From Candidatus Oleincola secundus (GTDB lineage Bacteria; Atribacterota; Phoenicimicrobiia; Phoenicimicrobiales; Stramentimicrobiaceae): a stretch of DNA of 29,221 nt. The stretch is taken from assembly GCA_018400815.1 (NCBI GenBank), contig JAGYLS010000015.1:1-29221 (forward strand), in the 5' to 3' direction. The position numbers and the translations under genes are program-made. This document shows, one piece after another, positions 20,139-29,190 of this stretch (positions within the stretch are counted from its first letter, which is position 1; the number at the start of each line of letters is the position of its first letter). The notes below the pieces were generated by a model. The model searched no databases, was not told where the DNA came from, and saw nothing but the letters and a program-made list of their open reading frames with translations.

Positions 20139-21275
20139 TTGTCAGGAGTAATCAAAAAAATGTTTTGTGTAATTTTTATTCTGGCAGGTGGTTTGATTGG
20201 TTATGAAATAATTCCTGGCATAAAAGCCATTTCAAGTATAGAGATATTAATTAATCAAAAGTGGCTATTATCCATATTATCATTTATTATAGGAAGTATT
20301 TTTGGATTTATAATATTTATACTAAGTCATAAAAAGCTAAGCTCTTTAGGTGAAGGATTCATAACCAATTTTTTAAGAATACCTACCCAGAATATACTTT
20401 CAGCTGTTATAGGCCTTATTGTCGGTTTAATTATTGCTAATTTATTAGCCTATTCATTATCTTTTATACCATTTGTTGGAAATTATTTACCCATAATACT
20501 TAATGTAGCTCTTGGGCTTCTTGGTATTATTATGGGATTAAGCAAAAGAGAAGAAAGTGTCAATTTCTATAAAAGAAGTATAGGGAGATTCAAAAAGAAA
20601 GATAAGGTTTCACAGTATCAACCTAAAGTATTGGATACCAGCGTTATTATTGATGGAAGAGTGGCAGATATTTGTCAAACTGATTTCTTGGAAGGTGAAT
20701 TAATTATTCCAAGATTTGTGTTAAATGAGTTGCAAGCTATTGCTGATTCTTCTGAACCATTAAAGAGAAATCGCGGTAGGCGTGGCCTTGATGTATTAAA
20801 TAAAATAAATAAAATACATAGCAACAAAATTAAGATTGTTAGCCAAGACTATAATGATTTAAAAAGTGTCGATACAAAGTTGATTAGATTGGCAAAAGAA
20901 ATGGATGCTAAAGTTTTAACTAATGATTATAATTTAAATAAATTAGCACAATTAGAAAGTGTATCGGTATTAAATATTAACGATCTTTCTAATGCATTAA
21001 AATCAGTTATCTTACCAGGAGAAGAATTGGTAACACAGATTATTAAAGAAGGCAAAGAATCCGGTCAAGGAATTGCTTATTTGGATGATGGAACGATGAT
21101 TGTAGTGGAAAATGGAATTAAAAATATTGGTGACAAAGTAAAAGTTACTGTGACCAGTATTTTGCAAACACCTGCAGGTAGAATGATATTTGGCCGAGTC
21201 AAAGAAAGGTTAATCAAAAAGAATTATGACCCAAACTATGGAAAGAGGAATCATTATAATCAAAAGAATCGTTAG
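20139..21275 (+). CDS. yacL: Membrane PIN/TRAM-domain protein (YacL family)
   Basis: N-terminal TM helices, [10 protein letters not shown] (PIN), [22 protein letters not shown] (TRAM). Start is probably TTG 20139 behind GAGGAGGT. Confidence 0.9.
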   Translation: MSGVIKKMFCVIFILAGGLIGYEIIPGIKAISSIEILINQKWLLSILSFIIGSIFGFIIFILSHKKLSSLGEGFITNFLRIPTQNILSAVIGLIVGLIIANLLAYSLSFIPFVGNYLPIILNVALGLLGIIMGLSKREESVNFYKRSIGRFKKKDKVSQYQPKVLDTSVIIDGRVADICQTDFLEGELIIPRFVLNELQAIADSSEPLKRNRGRRGLDVLNKINKIHSNKIKIVSQDYNDLKSVDTKLIRLAKEMDAKVLTNDYNLNKLAQLESVSVLNINDLSNALKSVILPGEELVTQIIKEGKESGQGIAYLDDGTMIVVENGIKNIGDKVKVTVTSILQTPAGRMIFGRVKERLIKKNYDPNYGKRNHYNQKNR

Positions 21276-21330
21276 AAAAATAAGTTAGTAAGTTAGTTAT
21301 AACATAATATTTAGAAACGAGGAGATATTA

Positions 21331-22758
21331 TTGGTATTAAAACTATACAATACCTTAAGTGGTAGTAAAGAAAAATTTGTTCCTTTAAAAAAAGGGAAGG
21401 TGGGCATTTATGTTTGTGGGCCTACTGTTTATGATTATTTTCATATAGGTAATGCCAGGCCATTTTTAATTTTTGAAGCTCTAAGGAGATATTTAGAGTT
21501 TAAGAACTATGATGTAAAATATGTTTCTAATTTTACTGATATTGATGATAAGGTTATTAAAAAGGCAAATGAGCTTGGAACTAGCTTTGTAGATATTGCA
21601 GAAAAATATATAAAGGAATATTTTCAAGATGCTGATTGTTTAAATATAGGTAGAGCTGATGTATATCCTCGAGCAACAGAACATATCGCTGATATAATTG
21701 AGTTCATAAAGGGATTAGAAAGTAAGGGATATGCTTATGAGGTTGAAGGGGATGTTTTTTTTGAAGTTAGTCGTTTTAAGGAATATGGCAAACTATCAAA
21801 GCAAAATTTAGAGGAAATTAGATCAGGTGAGAGGGTCGAGCTTGATAAAAGAAAGAAGAATCCATTTGATTTTGTACTTTGGAAAAAAGCAAAGAAAAAT
21901 GAGCCATATTGGGATAGTCCATGGGGTACTGGAAGGCCGGGGTGGCATATTGAGTGTTCGGTAATGTCTAGTAAATATCTAGGCGATAGTTTTGATATAC
22001 ATGCTGGTGGAGCAGATTTAATCTTTCCACACCATGAAAACGAAATTGCTCAGAGCGAAGCATTGAGTGGAAAATTATTTGCTAAATACTGGTTGCATAA
22101 TGGATACTTAAAAATAGACAATAAAAAAATGTCTAAATCCCTGGGGAATATTTTAAAAATAAGGGAACTTTGTCAGAAATATGACGGTTCAGTTATAAGA
22201 CATTTCCTGCTTTCGGCACATTACAGGAGTCCTCTTAATTTTTCAATAGAGCAGATAGAACAATCAAAAAATAGTATGGAGACTTTGAATAATATTATTT
22301 ACAATATGCAATTTTTAGGACAGCAGGGCAAATTAACTGAAAAAATGAATTCTGAAGACAGAGCATTGTTGACCAAGAAATCAGAAATGGAAGAAAAATT
22401 TATTGAAGCAATGGATGATGATTTAAACACACCAGTTGCTTTGAGTGCTTTATTTTTATTAGCAAAAAGTGTAAATATATATTTAAGTAACAATAGACTA
22501 AAAAATAAGCTAGTTTTAAGCGATATATTAAAATTTTATGAAAAATATGGTAGCTTAATACTTGGATTTAAATATATTTCTAAAACAGAGAACGAAGATA
22601 TAGTACAAGATAAAGAAATTGAAGAAATGATAAAAGATAGAGAAATGGCTAGAAAAAATAAGGATTGGGAAACTGCAGATAAAATAAGAAAAAAGCTAAA
22701 AAATATGGGAATTATTTTAGAAGATACAGCAGAAGGCATACGTTGGAAAAAAGCTTGA
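21331..22758 (+). CDS. cysS: Cysteine--tRNA ligase
   Basis: YVCGPTVYD, HIGN, GRPGWHIECS, FPHHENE, KMSKS. Confidence 0.98.
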   Translation: MVLKLYNTLSGSKEKFVPLKKGKVGIYVCGPTVYDYFHIGNARPFLIFEALRRYLEFKNYDVKYVSNFTDIDDKVIKKANELGTSFVDIAEKYIKEYFQDADCLNIGRADVYPRATEHIADIIEFIKGLESKGYAYEVEGDVFFEVSRFKEYGKLSKQNLEEIRSGERVELDKRKKNPFDFVLWKKAKKNEPYWDSPWGTGRPGWHIECSVMSSKYLGDSFDIHAGGADLIFPHHENEIAQSEALSGKLFAKYWLHNGYLKIDNKKMSKSLGNILKIRELCQKYDGSVIRHFLLSAHYRSPLNFSIEQIEQSKNSMETLNNIIYNMQFLGQQGKLTEKMNSEDRALLTKKSEMEEKFIEAMDDDLNTPVALSALFLLAKSVNIYLSNNRLKNKLVLSDILKFYEKYGSLILGFKYISKTENEDIVQDKEIEEMIKDREMARKNKDWETADKIRKKLKNMGIILEDTAEGIRWKKA

Positions 22759-22784
22759 CTATGTTTAAAATCGTAGTCTATAAT
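22755..22784 (+). promoter_or_regulatory. Putative sigma70 promoter for sigH
   Basis: TTGACT, 18-nt spacer, TATAAT. Confidence 0.6.
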
Positions 22785-22853
22785 TGAGTAAATATTTTAT
22801 AAATAAGTTTATTTAAAGGCAGTTTTGATAATTTATAAATTAGGAGTTCTCTA

Positions 22854-23489
22854 TTGGAGATTTTTGAAGAACAATCCTTTACCGCTTATCGAAAATATGA
22901 CGATCGCCTATTAGTAAGTATGGCAAATTGTGGTAATCATTTAGCCGAAAATTATATAATTAATAAATACAAAAAAATGGTCAAGATGAAAGCAAGAACA
23001 TATTTTTTAGCTGGAGCTGATAAAGAAGATATTATCCAGGAAGGTATGATTGGTTTATACAAGGCTGTCAGGAGTTATGAGGACTTAAAAATGTCTTCTT
23101 TTAGAACATTTGCAGAAATTTGCATTAATAGACAAATCATAACTGCGGTCAAAATGGCCTTAAGACAAAAACATAAACCTCTTAATTTTTCAGTATCATT
23201 GAATCAACCTATATATTATGAGAATTCTGATAGGACATTGCTAGATATAGTTGATGACGTAAATATTAATGATCCTATGTGCCTTTTTTTAACAAAAGAA
23301 AGATTCAGAGAATTAAATATAAGCTTAAAAAAAATGTTATCTAAATTAGAAATAAAAGTACTGGAATCATATCTTGAAGGCAAGACATATAGGGAGATTG
23401 CCTCAGAAATTAAAAAAAACGTTAAATCAGTAGATAATACCATACAAAGAATTAAGTCAAAATTAGAATTTGCCAATAAATTAGATTGA
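22854..23489 (+). CDS. sigH: RNA polymerase sigma factor, SigH (Spo0H) family
   Basis: GADKEDIIQEGMIGLYKA, SFRTFAEICINRQIITAVK..RQKH.PLN, KSVDNTIQRIK; usual position between cysS and rpmG/secE. Confidence 0.9.
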   Translation: MEIFEEQSFTAYRKYDDRLLVSMANCGNHLAENYIINKYKKMVKMKARTYFLAGADKEDIIQEGMIGLYKAVRSYEDLKMSSFRTFAEICINRQIITAVKMALRQKHKPLNFSVSLNQPIYYENSDRTLLDIVDDVNINDPMCLFLTKERFRELNISLKKMLSKLEIKVLESYLEGKTYREIASEIKKNVKSVDNTIQRIKSKLEFANKLD

Positions 23490-23514
23490 CTCTAATAAAA
23501 AAAACAATTATAAT
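23486..23514 (+). promoter_or_regulatory. Sigma70 promoter for the tRNA-tuf operon
   Basis: TTGACT, 17-nt spacer, TATAAT, ending 10 nt before the first tRNA. Confidence 0.8.
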
Positions 23515-23524
23515 GTTGAATGTT

Positions 23525-23600
23525 GCCGGTGTAGCTCAGCTGGTAGAGCAGCTGATTTGTAATCAGCAGGTCATCCGTTCGAATCGGATCATCGGCTCCA
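23525..23600 (+). tRNA. tRNA-Thr(TGT)
   Basis: Acceptor GCCGGTG/CATCGGC, anticodon arm GCTGA-TTTGTAA-TCAGC, TTCGAAT T-loop, encoded CCA. Confidence 0.96.
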
Positions 23601-23629
23601 GTAGTGATTAATAGATAATATAGTTTTAT

Positions 23630-23716
23630 GGGGAGGTACCAAAGTGGCCAAATGGAGCGGACTGTAGATCCGTTGGCTGAACGCCTTCGAAGGTTCGAAT
23701 CCTTCCCTCCCCACCA
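23630..23716 (+). tRNA. tRNA-Tyr(GTA)
   Basis: Acceptor GGGGAGG/CCTCCCC, anticodon arm GCGGA-CTGTAGA-TCCGT, long variable arm, encoded CCA. Confidence 0.95.
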
Positions 23717-23721
23717 TAATT

Positions 23722-23797
<76 letters not shown>

Positions 23798-23920
23798 GGG
23801 TAGATGAGAAAAGCAATTATAGTATTTTTTTATATTATATTAAAATAAAATAGAAAATTGATAATAATTTATATGATTTTATATTACAGTTAAGGTATCT
23901 TTTAAGGAGGAAAAAACAAA

Positions 23921-25123
23921 ATGGCTAAAGAGAAGTTTGTTCGTACCAAGCCGCATGTTAATATCGGAACCATAGGTCATGTCGATCATGGCAAGACAAC
24001 TCTGACTTCGGCAATTACTAATTATTTATCCACCAAACAGTTTGCCAAAGCCATGGCTTTTGATGATATTGACCGTGCACCTGAAGAAAAGGAAAGAGGA
24101 ATCACAATCTCGGTATTCCACGCTGAGTACGAAACTGAAAAAAGGCATTATGCACATATCGACTGTCCCGGTCATGCCGACTATATCAAAAACATGATTA
24201 CCGGTGCAGCCCAGATGGATGGTGCGGTATTGGTAGTTTCAGCAGCTGATGGCCCAATGCCTCAGACTAGAGAACATATTTTGTTATCTCGTCAGGTAGG
24301 AGTGCCATACATTGTAGTCTTTTTAAACAAGACCGATATGGTCGATGATCCCGAATTAATCGAATTGGTGGAAATGGAAGTCCGGGAATTACTCAGTGAA
24401 TATGAGTTCCCTGGTGATGATATCCCGATTATCAAAGGCTCGGCTCTCAAGGCTATGGAAGCAGATGTTGCCAATCCGGAAGATCCAGCCTATAAACCTA
24501 TTCAAGAATTATTGGATGCTATTGACAGCTATATTGCTACACCAGAGCGCGATGTGGACAAACCATTCCTATTGTCTGTAGAGGACGTTTTTAGTATTAC
24601 CGGAAGAGGAACAGTTGCCACAGGTAGAGTGGAACGCGGTAAAATCAAAGTCGGTGACGCAGTAGAGATCGTAGGATTAAGTGAAAGACCGAAAAAGACA
24701 GTGGCTACCGGTGTAGAGATGTTCCGTAAGTTACTGGATTATGCTGAAGCTGGTGACAATGTTGGTATCCTTCTGCGTGGTGTTGATAAAAAAGAAATCA
24801 AGCGCGGACAGGTTATTGCTGCCCCGGGTAGTATTACCCCTCATACCAAGTTTAATGGAGAGGCAATTATTCTTACCAAGGATGAAGGTGGAAGACATAC
24901 TCCTATCTTTAGCGGCTATCGTCCCCAGTTCTATTTTAGAACTACTGATGTAACTGGAACTGTGACCCTGCCCGAAGGAGTAGAAATGGCCATGCCCGGT
25001 GATAATTTAACTATTATTGGAGAATTAATCACCCCTATTGCTATGGAAAAAGGAGTCCGTTTTGCTATTCGTGAAGGTGGAAGAACCATTGCAGCCGGTG
25101 TGGTTACTGATATAATTGAGTAG
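23921..25123 (+). CDS. tuf: Elongation factor Tu
   Basis: [36 protein letters not shown]. Confidence 0.99.
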   Translation: MAKEKFVRTKPHVNIGTIGHVDHGKTTLTSAITNYLSTKQFAKAMAFDDIDRAPEEKERGITISVFHAEYETEKRHYAHIDCPGHADYIKNMITGAAQMDGAVLVVSAADGPMPQTREHILLSRQVGVPYIVVFLNKTDMVDDPELIELVEMEVRELLSEYEFPGDDIPIIKGSALKAMEADVANPEDPAYKPIQELLDAIDSYIATPERDVDKPFLLSVEDVFSITGRGTVATGRVERGKIKVGDAVEIVGLSERPKKTVATGVEMFRKLLDYAEAGDNVGILLRGVDKKEIKRGQVIAAPGSITPHTKFNGEAIILTKDEGGRHTPIFSGYRPQFYFRTTDVTGTVTLPEGVEMAMPGDNLTIIGELITPIAMEKGVRFAIREGGRTIAAGVVTDIIE

Positions 25124-25157
25124 CTTAAAAAATTAATTGATTTAAAAATCGAAAAAT

Positions 25158-25200
25158 GCAATAATTAAGACTGGACTGAGAGTCCAGTCTTAATTATTGC
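25158..25200. terminator. 20-bp perfect inverted repeat after tuf, probable terminator
   Basis: GCAATAATTAAGACTGGACT-GAG-AGTCCAGTCTTAATTATTGC. Confidence 0.75.
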
Positions 25201-25267
25201 TAAATTAAAATAGCAAGAAATATGATATATATTGAAAAACGGAATTAAAATAAATATCAATGATTGC

Positions 25268-25296
25268 TTGACAGTAACCTTAAAATATGTTAGATT
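25268..25296 (+). promoter_or_regulatory. Putative promoter for rpmG-tRNA-Trp-secE-nusG
   Basis: TTGACA, 17-nt spacer, TAGATT with TGn extension. Confidence 0.65.
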
Positions 25297-25335
25297 TAAT
25301 TTCGTTAATTTCTTCCAAATGGTAAGGAGCAAAGG

Positions 25336-25485
25336 ATGAGGCAAAGAATTGTATTAGCTTGTTCAGAGTGTAACAATCGTAATTATAACAATTACAAAAA
25401 CAAAAAAAATACATCGGGAAGAATTTCTTTAAAAAAGTATTGTAAGTTTTGTAAGAAGCATACATTACATAAAGAAACCAAGTAG
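25336..25485 (+). CDS. rpmG: 50S ribosomal protein L33, zinc-ribbon form (not in ORF track)
   Basis: Hand translation [57 protein letters not shown]. Confidence 0.95.
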   Translation: MRQRIVLACSECNNRNYNNYKNKKNTSGRISLKKYCKFCKKHTLHKETK

Positions 25486-25509
25486 ATTATTTTTTAAAGA
25501 AAGAAACAC

Positions 25510-25582
25510 AGGTCCGTAGCTCTAACGGGAGAGCACCGGACTCCAAATCCGGGGGTTGCAGGTTCAAATCCTGCCGGGCCTG
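25510..25582 (+). tRNA. tRNA-Trp(CCA)
   Basis: Acceptor AGGTCCG/CGGGCCT, anticodon arm CCGGA-CTCCAAA-TCCGG, discriminator G; usual position between rpmG and secE. Confidence 0.94.
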
Positions 25583-25641
25583 CCTTACATAGAATAAAGA
25601 ATTCAGAGGATCGACTAAATATTGCAGAAAAAGGTGTTTTA

Positions 25642-25842
25642 ATGAAACTGAATAATTTATTTCAAAAAATAATAAATTTTATTAAGGAATCTAGAGCAGA
25701 GTTAAGAAAAGTTACCTGGCCTAATAGGAAACAATTAATAAGCAGCACGGTTGTTGTTATAATTACCGTTGCTTTGGTGGCAGTATTTTTAGGTATCGTT
25801 GATCTTATCTTTTCTCGCATAGTTACGATTATCTTGCAGTAA
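25642..25842 (+). CDS. secE: Preprotein translocase subunit SecE
   Basis: ELRKVTWP motif followed by one TM helix. Confidence 0.96.
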   Translation: MKLNNLFQKIINFIKESRAELRKVTWPNRKQLISSTVVVIITVALVAVFLGIVDLIFSRIVTIILQ

Positions 25843-25912
25843 ATAACCTCGAAATAACAAATCGATAACATAATTAGCTTAATTTGGAGTGTGATGAGTT
25901 ATAATTAGAACT

Positions 25913-26440
25913 ATTGAGGAAAAGAAATGGTATGTTGTTCATACCTATTCTGGTTATGAAAACAAAGTAAAGGCAAATCTTGAACAGCGCGTAAAATCAA
26001 TGGGGATGGAAGACCAAATATACCAGGTACTAATACCGACTGAAAAGGTATTAGAAACAAAATCTGGGAAAAAGAGATATGTTCAAAAAAAAGTATTCCC
26101 TGGTTATGTTGTTGTGGAAATGAAAATGAACAATGAGTCATGGTATGCGGTGAGAAATACTCCTGGTGTTACTAGATTTGTTGGTTCAGGTGGTAAGCCT
26201 GTTGCTCTAAACGATATTGAAATAAAAAATATATTAAAACAAATGGGTAAAGGCGAGAAGAAACCTAAGATTGATCTTAGTATTGGTACCACTGTGAATA
26301 TTGTTACTGGTCCATTTACAGGATATACAGGGAAAATTAGTGAAATTGATAACCAGAAGGGGAAATTAAAGGTACTTTTAACAATATTTGGTAGAGAAAC
26401 TTCAGTAGAATTAGAGTTTACAGATGTAGAAAAATATTAG
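25913..26440 (+). CDS. nusG: Transcription termination/antitermination factor NusG (start codon uncertain)
   Basis: Frame is open upstream of the track ATG and encodes KKWYVVHTYSGYENKVKANLEQR; also FPGYVVVEM, VRNTPGVT, KOW motif, IFGRET. Confidence 0.93.
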   Translation: MEEKKWYVVHTYSGYENKVKANLEQRVKSMGMEDQIYQVLIPTEKVLETKSGKKRYVQKKVFPGYVVVEMKMNNESWYAVRNTPGVTRFVGSGGKPVALNDIEIKNILKQMGKGEKKPKIDLSIGTTVNIVTGPFTGYTGKISEIDNQKGKLKVLLTIFGRETSVELEFTDVEKY

Positions 26441-26532
26441 AAAATATTTAATACTAATTAAAAAGATTATTAGATATTTCTACAATATAATTATCAAGCC
26501 AAAAAAATTAGGCGAGAAGAGGTATAAATTAA

Positions 26533-26955
26533 ATGGCAAAAAAAATTATTGCGAATATAAAATTGCAAATTCCTGCAGGAGCTGCAAATCCTGCTCCACC
26601 AGTAGGTCCGGCATTAGGACAACATGGACTTAATATTATGGAATTCTGCAAGGCTTTTAATGAAAAAACAAAACAGGATATTGGCACTATTATACCTGTT
26701 ATAATTACTGTTTATCAGGATCGGTCTTTTCATTTTATATGCAAAAAACCACCTGTATCATTTTTGTTAAAGGAAGCTGCAAAAGTAGAAAAAGGCTCTG
26801 CTGAACCTAATAAAAGCAAGGTTGCGAAAATTAGTCGTGATAAAGTCAAACAAATTGCTGAAGCAAAAATGCCTGACTTAAATGCTAATGATATAGAGAA
26901 TGCAATGAAAATTGTTGAAGGAACTGCACGAAGTATGGGTATTGAAGTCGAATAA
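26533..26955 (+). CDS. rplK: 50S ribosomal protein L11
   Basis: [22 protein letters not shown]. Confidence 0.99.
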   Translation: MAKKIIANIKLQIPAGAANPAPPVGPALGQHGLNIMEFCKAFNEKTKQDIGTIIPVIITVYQDRSFHFICKKPPVSFLLKEAAKVEKGSAEPNKSKVAKISRDKVKQIAEAKMPDLNANDIENAMKIVEGTARSMGIEVE

Positions 26956-27003
26956 AATAATATTATTATATAAATAGTTAATATTTTTAAAAGATAATAT
27001 GCA

Positions 27004-27033
27004 AGTGGGAGGATAAAATCCAATATAACCACT
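27004..27033 (+). promoter_or_regulatory. L1-binding autoregulatory leader upstream of rplA
   Basis: AGTGG-GAG-GAT-AAA-ATC-CAATATAA-CCACT next to the rplA SD; resembles the GUGGGAG...ACCAC L1 target between rplK and rplA in Bacillota. Confidence 0.65.
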
Positions 27034-27044
27034 GGGAGGAAAAA

Positions 27045-27758
27045 ATGGCAAAAAAAAGAGGAAAAAAATTCAAAGAAACTATAGAAAAATACGATAAAAC
27101 TAAATTATATACTATTGAAGAAACTATTAAATTAGTTAAAGAACTAAGTTGGGTTAATTTTAATGAGTCGGTAGATGTTGCAGTACGGTTAGGTGTAAAT
27201 ACTCGACATTCTGAAGAGCAAGTCAGGGGTGCTGTTGATTTACCTCATGGTAGTGGTAAGGAGAACAGGGTAGTTGTTTTTGCGCAAGGCGAAAAGGTAA
27301 AAGAAGCAGAAGACGCAGGTGCGGATTTTGTTGGCGGAGATGAATTGGCTGAAAAGATACAAAAAGGTTGGACAGATTTTGACGCAACCATTGCAACTCC
27401 TGATATGATGAAAGTAGTAGGAAAGTTAGGTCGTGTTTTAGGCCCCCGCGGTTTAATGCCTAATCCAAAAGTTGGAACAGTAACATTTAATGTGAAAGAG
27501 GCCGTCACCTCCGTTAAAAAAGGCAAGATTGAATACAGGGCAGATCGCTTTGGAATAGTTCATTCAATGATAGGCAAAATTAAGTTTAACAATGATCAAC
27601 TAATAGACAATTTTAAAGCTTTAATAGATGCCATAATTAAAGCGAAGCCTGCTTCTTCAAAGGGGCGATATATCTTAAGCGTGTCAATATCTTCAACAAT
27701 GGGACCGGGAATTAAACTGGATCCCATGAAGATTTTAACAGGAGCTGAAAAAAAATAA
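27045..27758 (+). CDS. rplA: 50S ribosomal protein L1
   Basis: [30 protein letters not shown]. Confidence 0.99.
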   Translation: MAKKRGKKFKETIEKYDKTKLYTIEETIKLVKELSWVNFNESVDVAVRLGVNTRHSEEQVRGAVDLPHGSGKENRVVVFAQGEKVKEAEDAGADFVGGDELAEKIQKGWTDFDATIATPDMMKVVGKLGRVLGPRGLMPNPKVGTVTFNVKEAVTSVKKGKIEYRADRFGIVHSMIGKIKFNNDQLIDNFKALIDAIIKAKPASSKGRYILSVSISSTMGPGIKLDPMKILTGAEKK

Positions 27759-27792
27759 CAAAATATTATAATTAAAATATTATTAGAGAAAT

Positions 27793-27852
27793 CCTTAGAT
27801 TGCAGGCATCATATATTTTTTGATTTAATTGGATTTGTCCAACCTGCTTAGG
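27793..27852 (+). ncRNA. L10 leader (rplJL autoregulatory element)
   Basis: CCTTAGATTGCAGG...TTTAA...CCTGCTTAGG matches the CC-UAGA-GCAGG/CCUGC-GG K-turn layout, directly upstream of rplJ. Confidence 0.75.
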
Positions 27853-27870
27853 AAAAAAGTTACATTTATG

Positions 27871-27912
27871 TAATCCTTCCTTTATATTGTCTAAGGAAGG
27901 ATTATTTTATTA
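27871..27912 (+). terminator. Attenuator terminator of the L10 leader
   Basis: TAATCCTTCCTT / AAGGAAGGATTA 12-bp stem followed by TTTTATTATTT. Confidence 0.7.
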
Positions 27913-27936
27913 TTTAAATAGAAAGGAGGAGTCTCA

Positions 27937-28473
27937 TTGCCACTAAAGAAGGAAGAAAAAATATCAGTTGTTAAAGAATTGTGTGAGGAATTCGAAAGGT
28001 CTTCAGGCATTGTTTTAACGGATTATCAAGGACTCGATGTACATGCAATAAACCAAATTAGAAATAACCTAAGAGAAAAGGATATAAAGTACAAAGTTTA
28101 TAAAAATACTTTGATAAAGAGAGCTACTAAAGAAGTAGGATTAGAAAAATTAAGTGAAGACCTATCAGGGTGTACTGCCATTGCTTTTTCTAAAGATGAG
28201 CCAATATTAGTAGTAAAAATATTAAATCAATTTTATCAGCAAAATAAAGAAATATTTAAATTTAAAAAGGCTTTGGTCGAAGGTAAAATATTTTTTGGGG
28301 AACAAATTGACCGGGTTGCAAATTTACCTGCAAAAGAGGAACTACTATCTCAGCTGTTAGGAAATATGAAATCCCCCATTACCTCTTTTGTATATGTTTT
28401 AAAGGCCCCAATCTATGGACTAGTAAATGTAATAGATCAAATTAGAAAGCAAAAAGAAGATAGTGTTGCATAA
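27937..28473 (+). CDS. rplJ: 50S ribosomal protein L10
   Basis: DYQGL, VYKNTL, LPAKEELLSQL; SD AAAGGAGG with TTG start. Confidence 0.97.
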   Translation: MPLKKEEKISVVKELCEEFERSSGIVLTDYQGLDVHAINQIRNNLREKDIKYKVYKNTLIKRATKEVGLEKLSEDLSGCTAIAFSKDEPILVVKILNQFYQQNKEIFKFKKALVEGKIFFGEQIDRVANLPAKEELLSQLLGNMKSPITSFVYVLKAPIYGLVNVIDQIRKQKEDSVA

Positions 28474-28529
28474 AATGCAAGTTAAAGAAATATACTTATT
28501 CAAGAATAAGATGAAAGGAGGTGAAACCA

Positions 28530-29051
28530 TTGGCAGAAAAGCAAGAAGAAAAAAAATCTAACGTAAAAACTCAAAAAGAAGAACCCAAAACTGAATCCAA
28601 AGAAACTAAAGAAAAAGAAACTGATGCTAAGAGCAAAACAGAAGAAAAATCATCCCCAAAAAGCACAGATAGTAAAACTATTACTGAAATTATGGAAAAA
28701 GTAGAAAGCTTAACAGTATTAGAATTATCAGATTTGGTTAAAGCTCTAGAGGATAAGTTTGGTGTAAGCGCAGCAGCTCCAGTAGCAGCTCAGGCAGCCG
28801 CTCCTGCTCAGGGCGGTAATGCTGCGCAAGAGGAAGAGCAGACTGAATTTGATGTTATACTAAAAGACATAGGTGCAAATAAAATTAAAGTAATAAAGGA
28901 AGTTAGAGCAGCAACCGGCCTAGGTTTGAAAGAATCTAAGGAGCTTGTTGAAGGGGCACCAAAACCAATAAAAGAAAAAATTGAAAAGAAAGACGCTGAT
29001 GCCCTAAAAGAAAAATTAGAAGCAGTTGGCGCAACTGTAGAAATAAAATAA
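28530..29051 (+). CDS. rplL: 50S ribosomal protein L7/L12 with N-terminal extension
   Basis: [56 protein letters not shown] 28530 follows SD AAAGGAGGTGA; the track's GTG 28521 lies inside the SD. Confidence 0.96.
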   Translation: MAEKQEEKKSNVKTQKEEPKTESKETKEKETDAKSKTEEKSSPKSTDSKTITEIMEKVESLTVLELSDLVKALEDKFGVSAAAPVAAQAAAPAQGGNAAQEEEQTEFDVILKDIGANKIKVIKEVRAATGLGLKESKELVEGAPKPIKEKIEKKDADALKEKLEAVGATVEIK

Positions 29052-29135
29052 CATTATAAAAATGTAGTAGTAGTAATTCTGTTTGTCATTATTTATGATA
29101 GATAGTTATTATTCGGAAAAAGTAAAGCAAACATA

Positions 29136-29190
29136 AAGAAGATACCTATTAAGGAAAAAATTATGGGTATCTTCTTGACTTTTTATTTTT
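29136..29190 (+). terminator. Probable terminator after rplL, overlapping a possible -35 for the next gene
   Basis: AAGAAGATACCTAT / ATGGGTATCTTCTT stem followed by a T-rich tract; TTGACT 29175-29180, 17 nt, TAGTAT 29198-29203. Confidence 0.55.

Noticed and set aside
23921..25123. Higher GC content of tuf as a sign of horizontal transfer
   Set aside because: Consistent with amino-acid composition and codon bias of a highly expressed gene in its usual tRNA-tuf-rpmG context.
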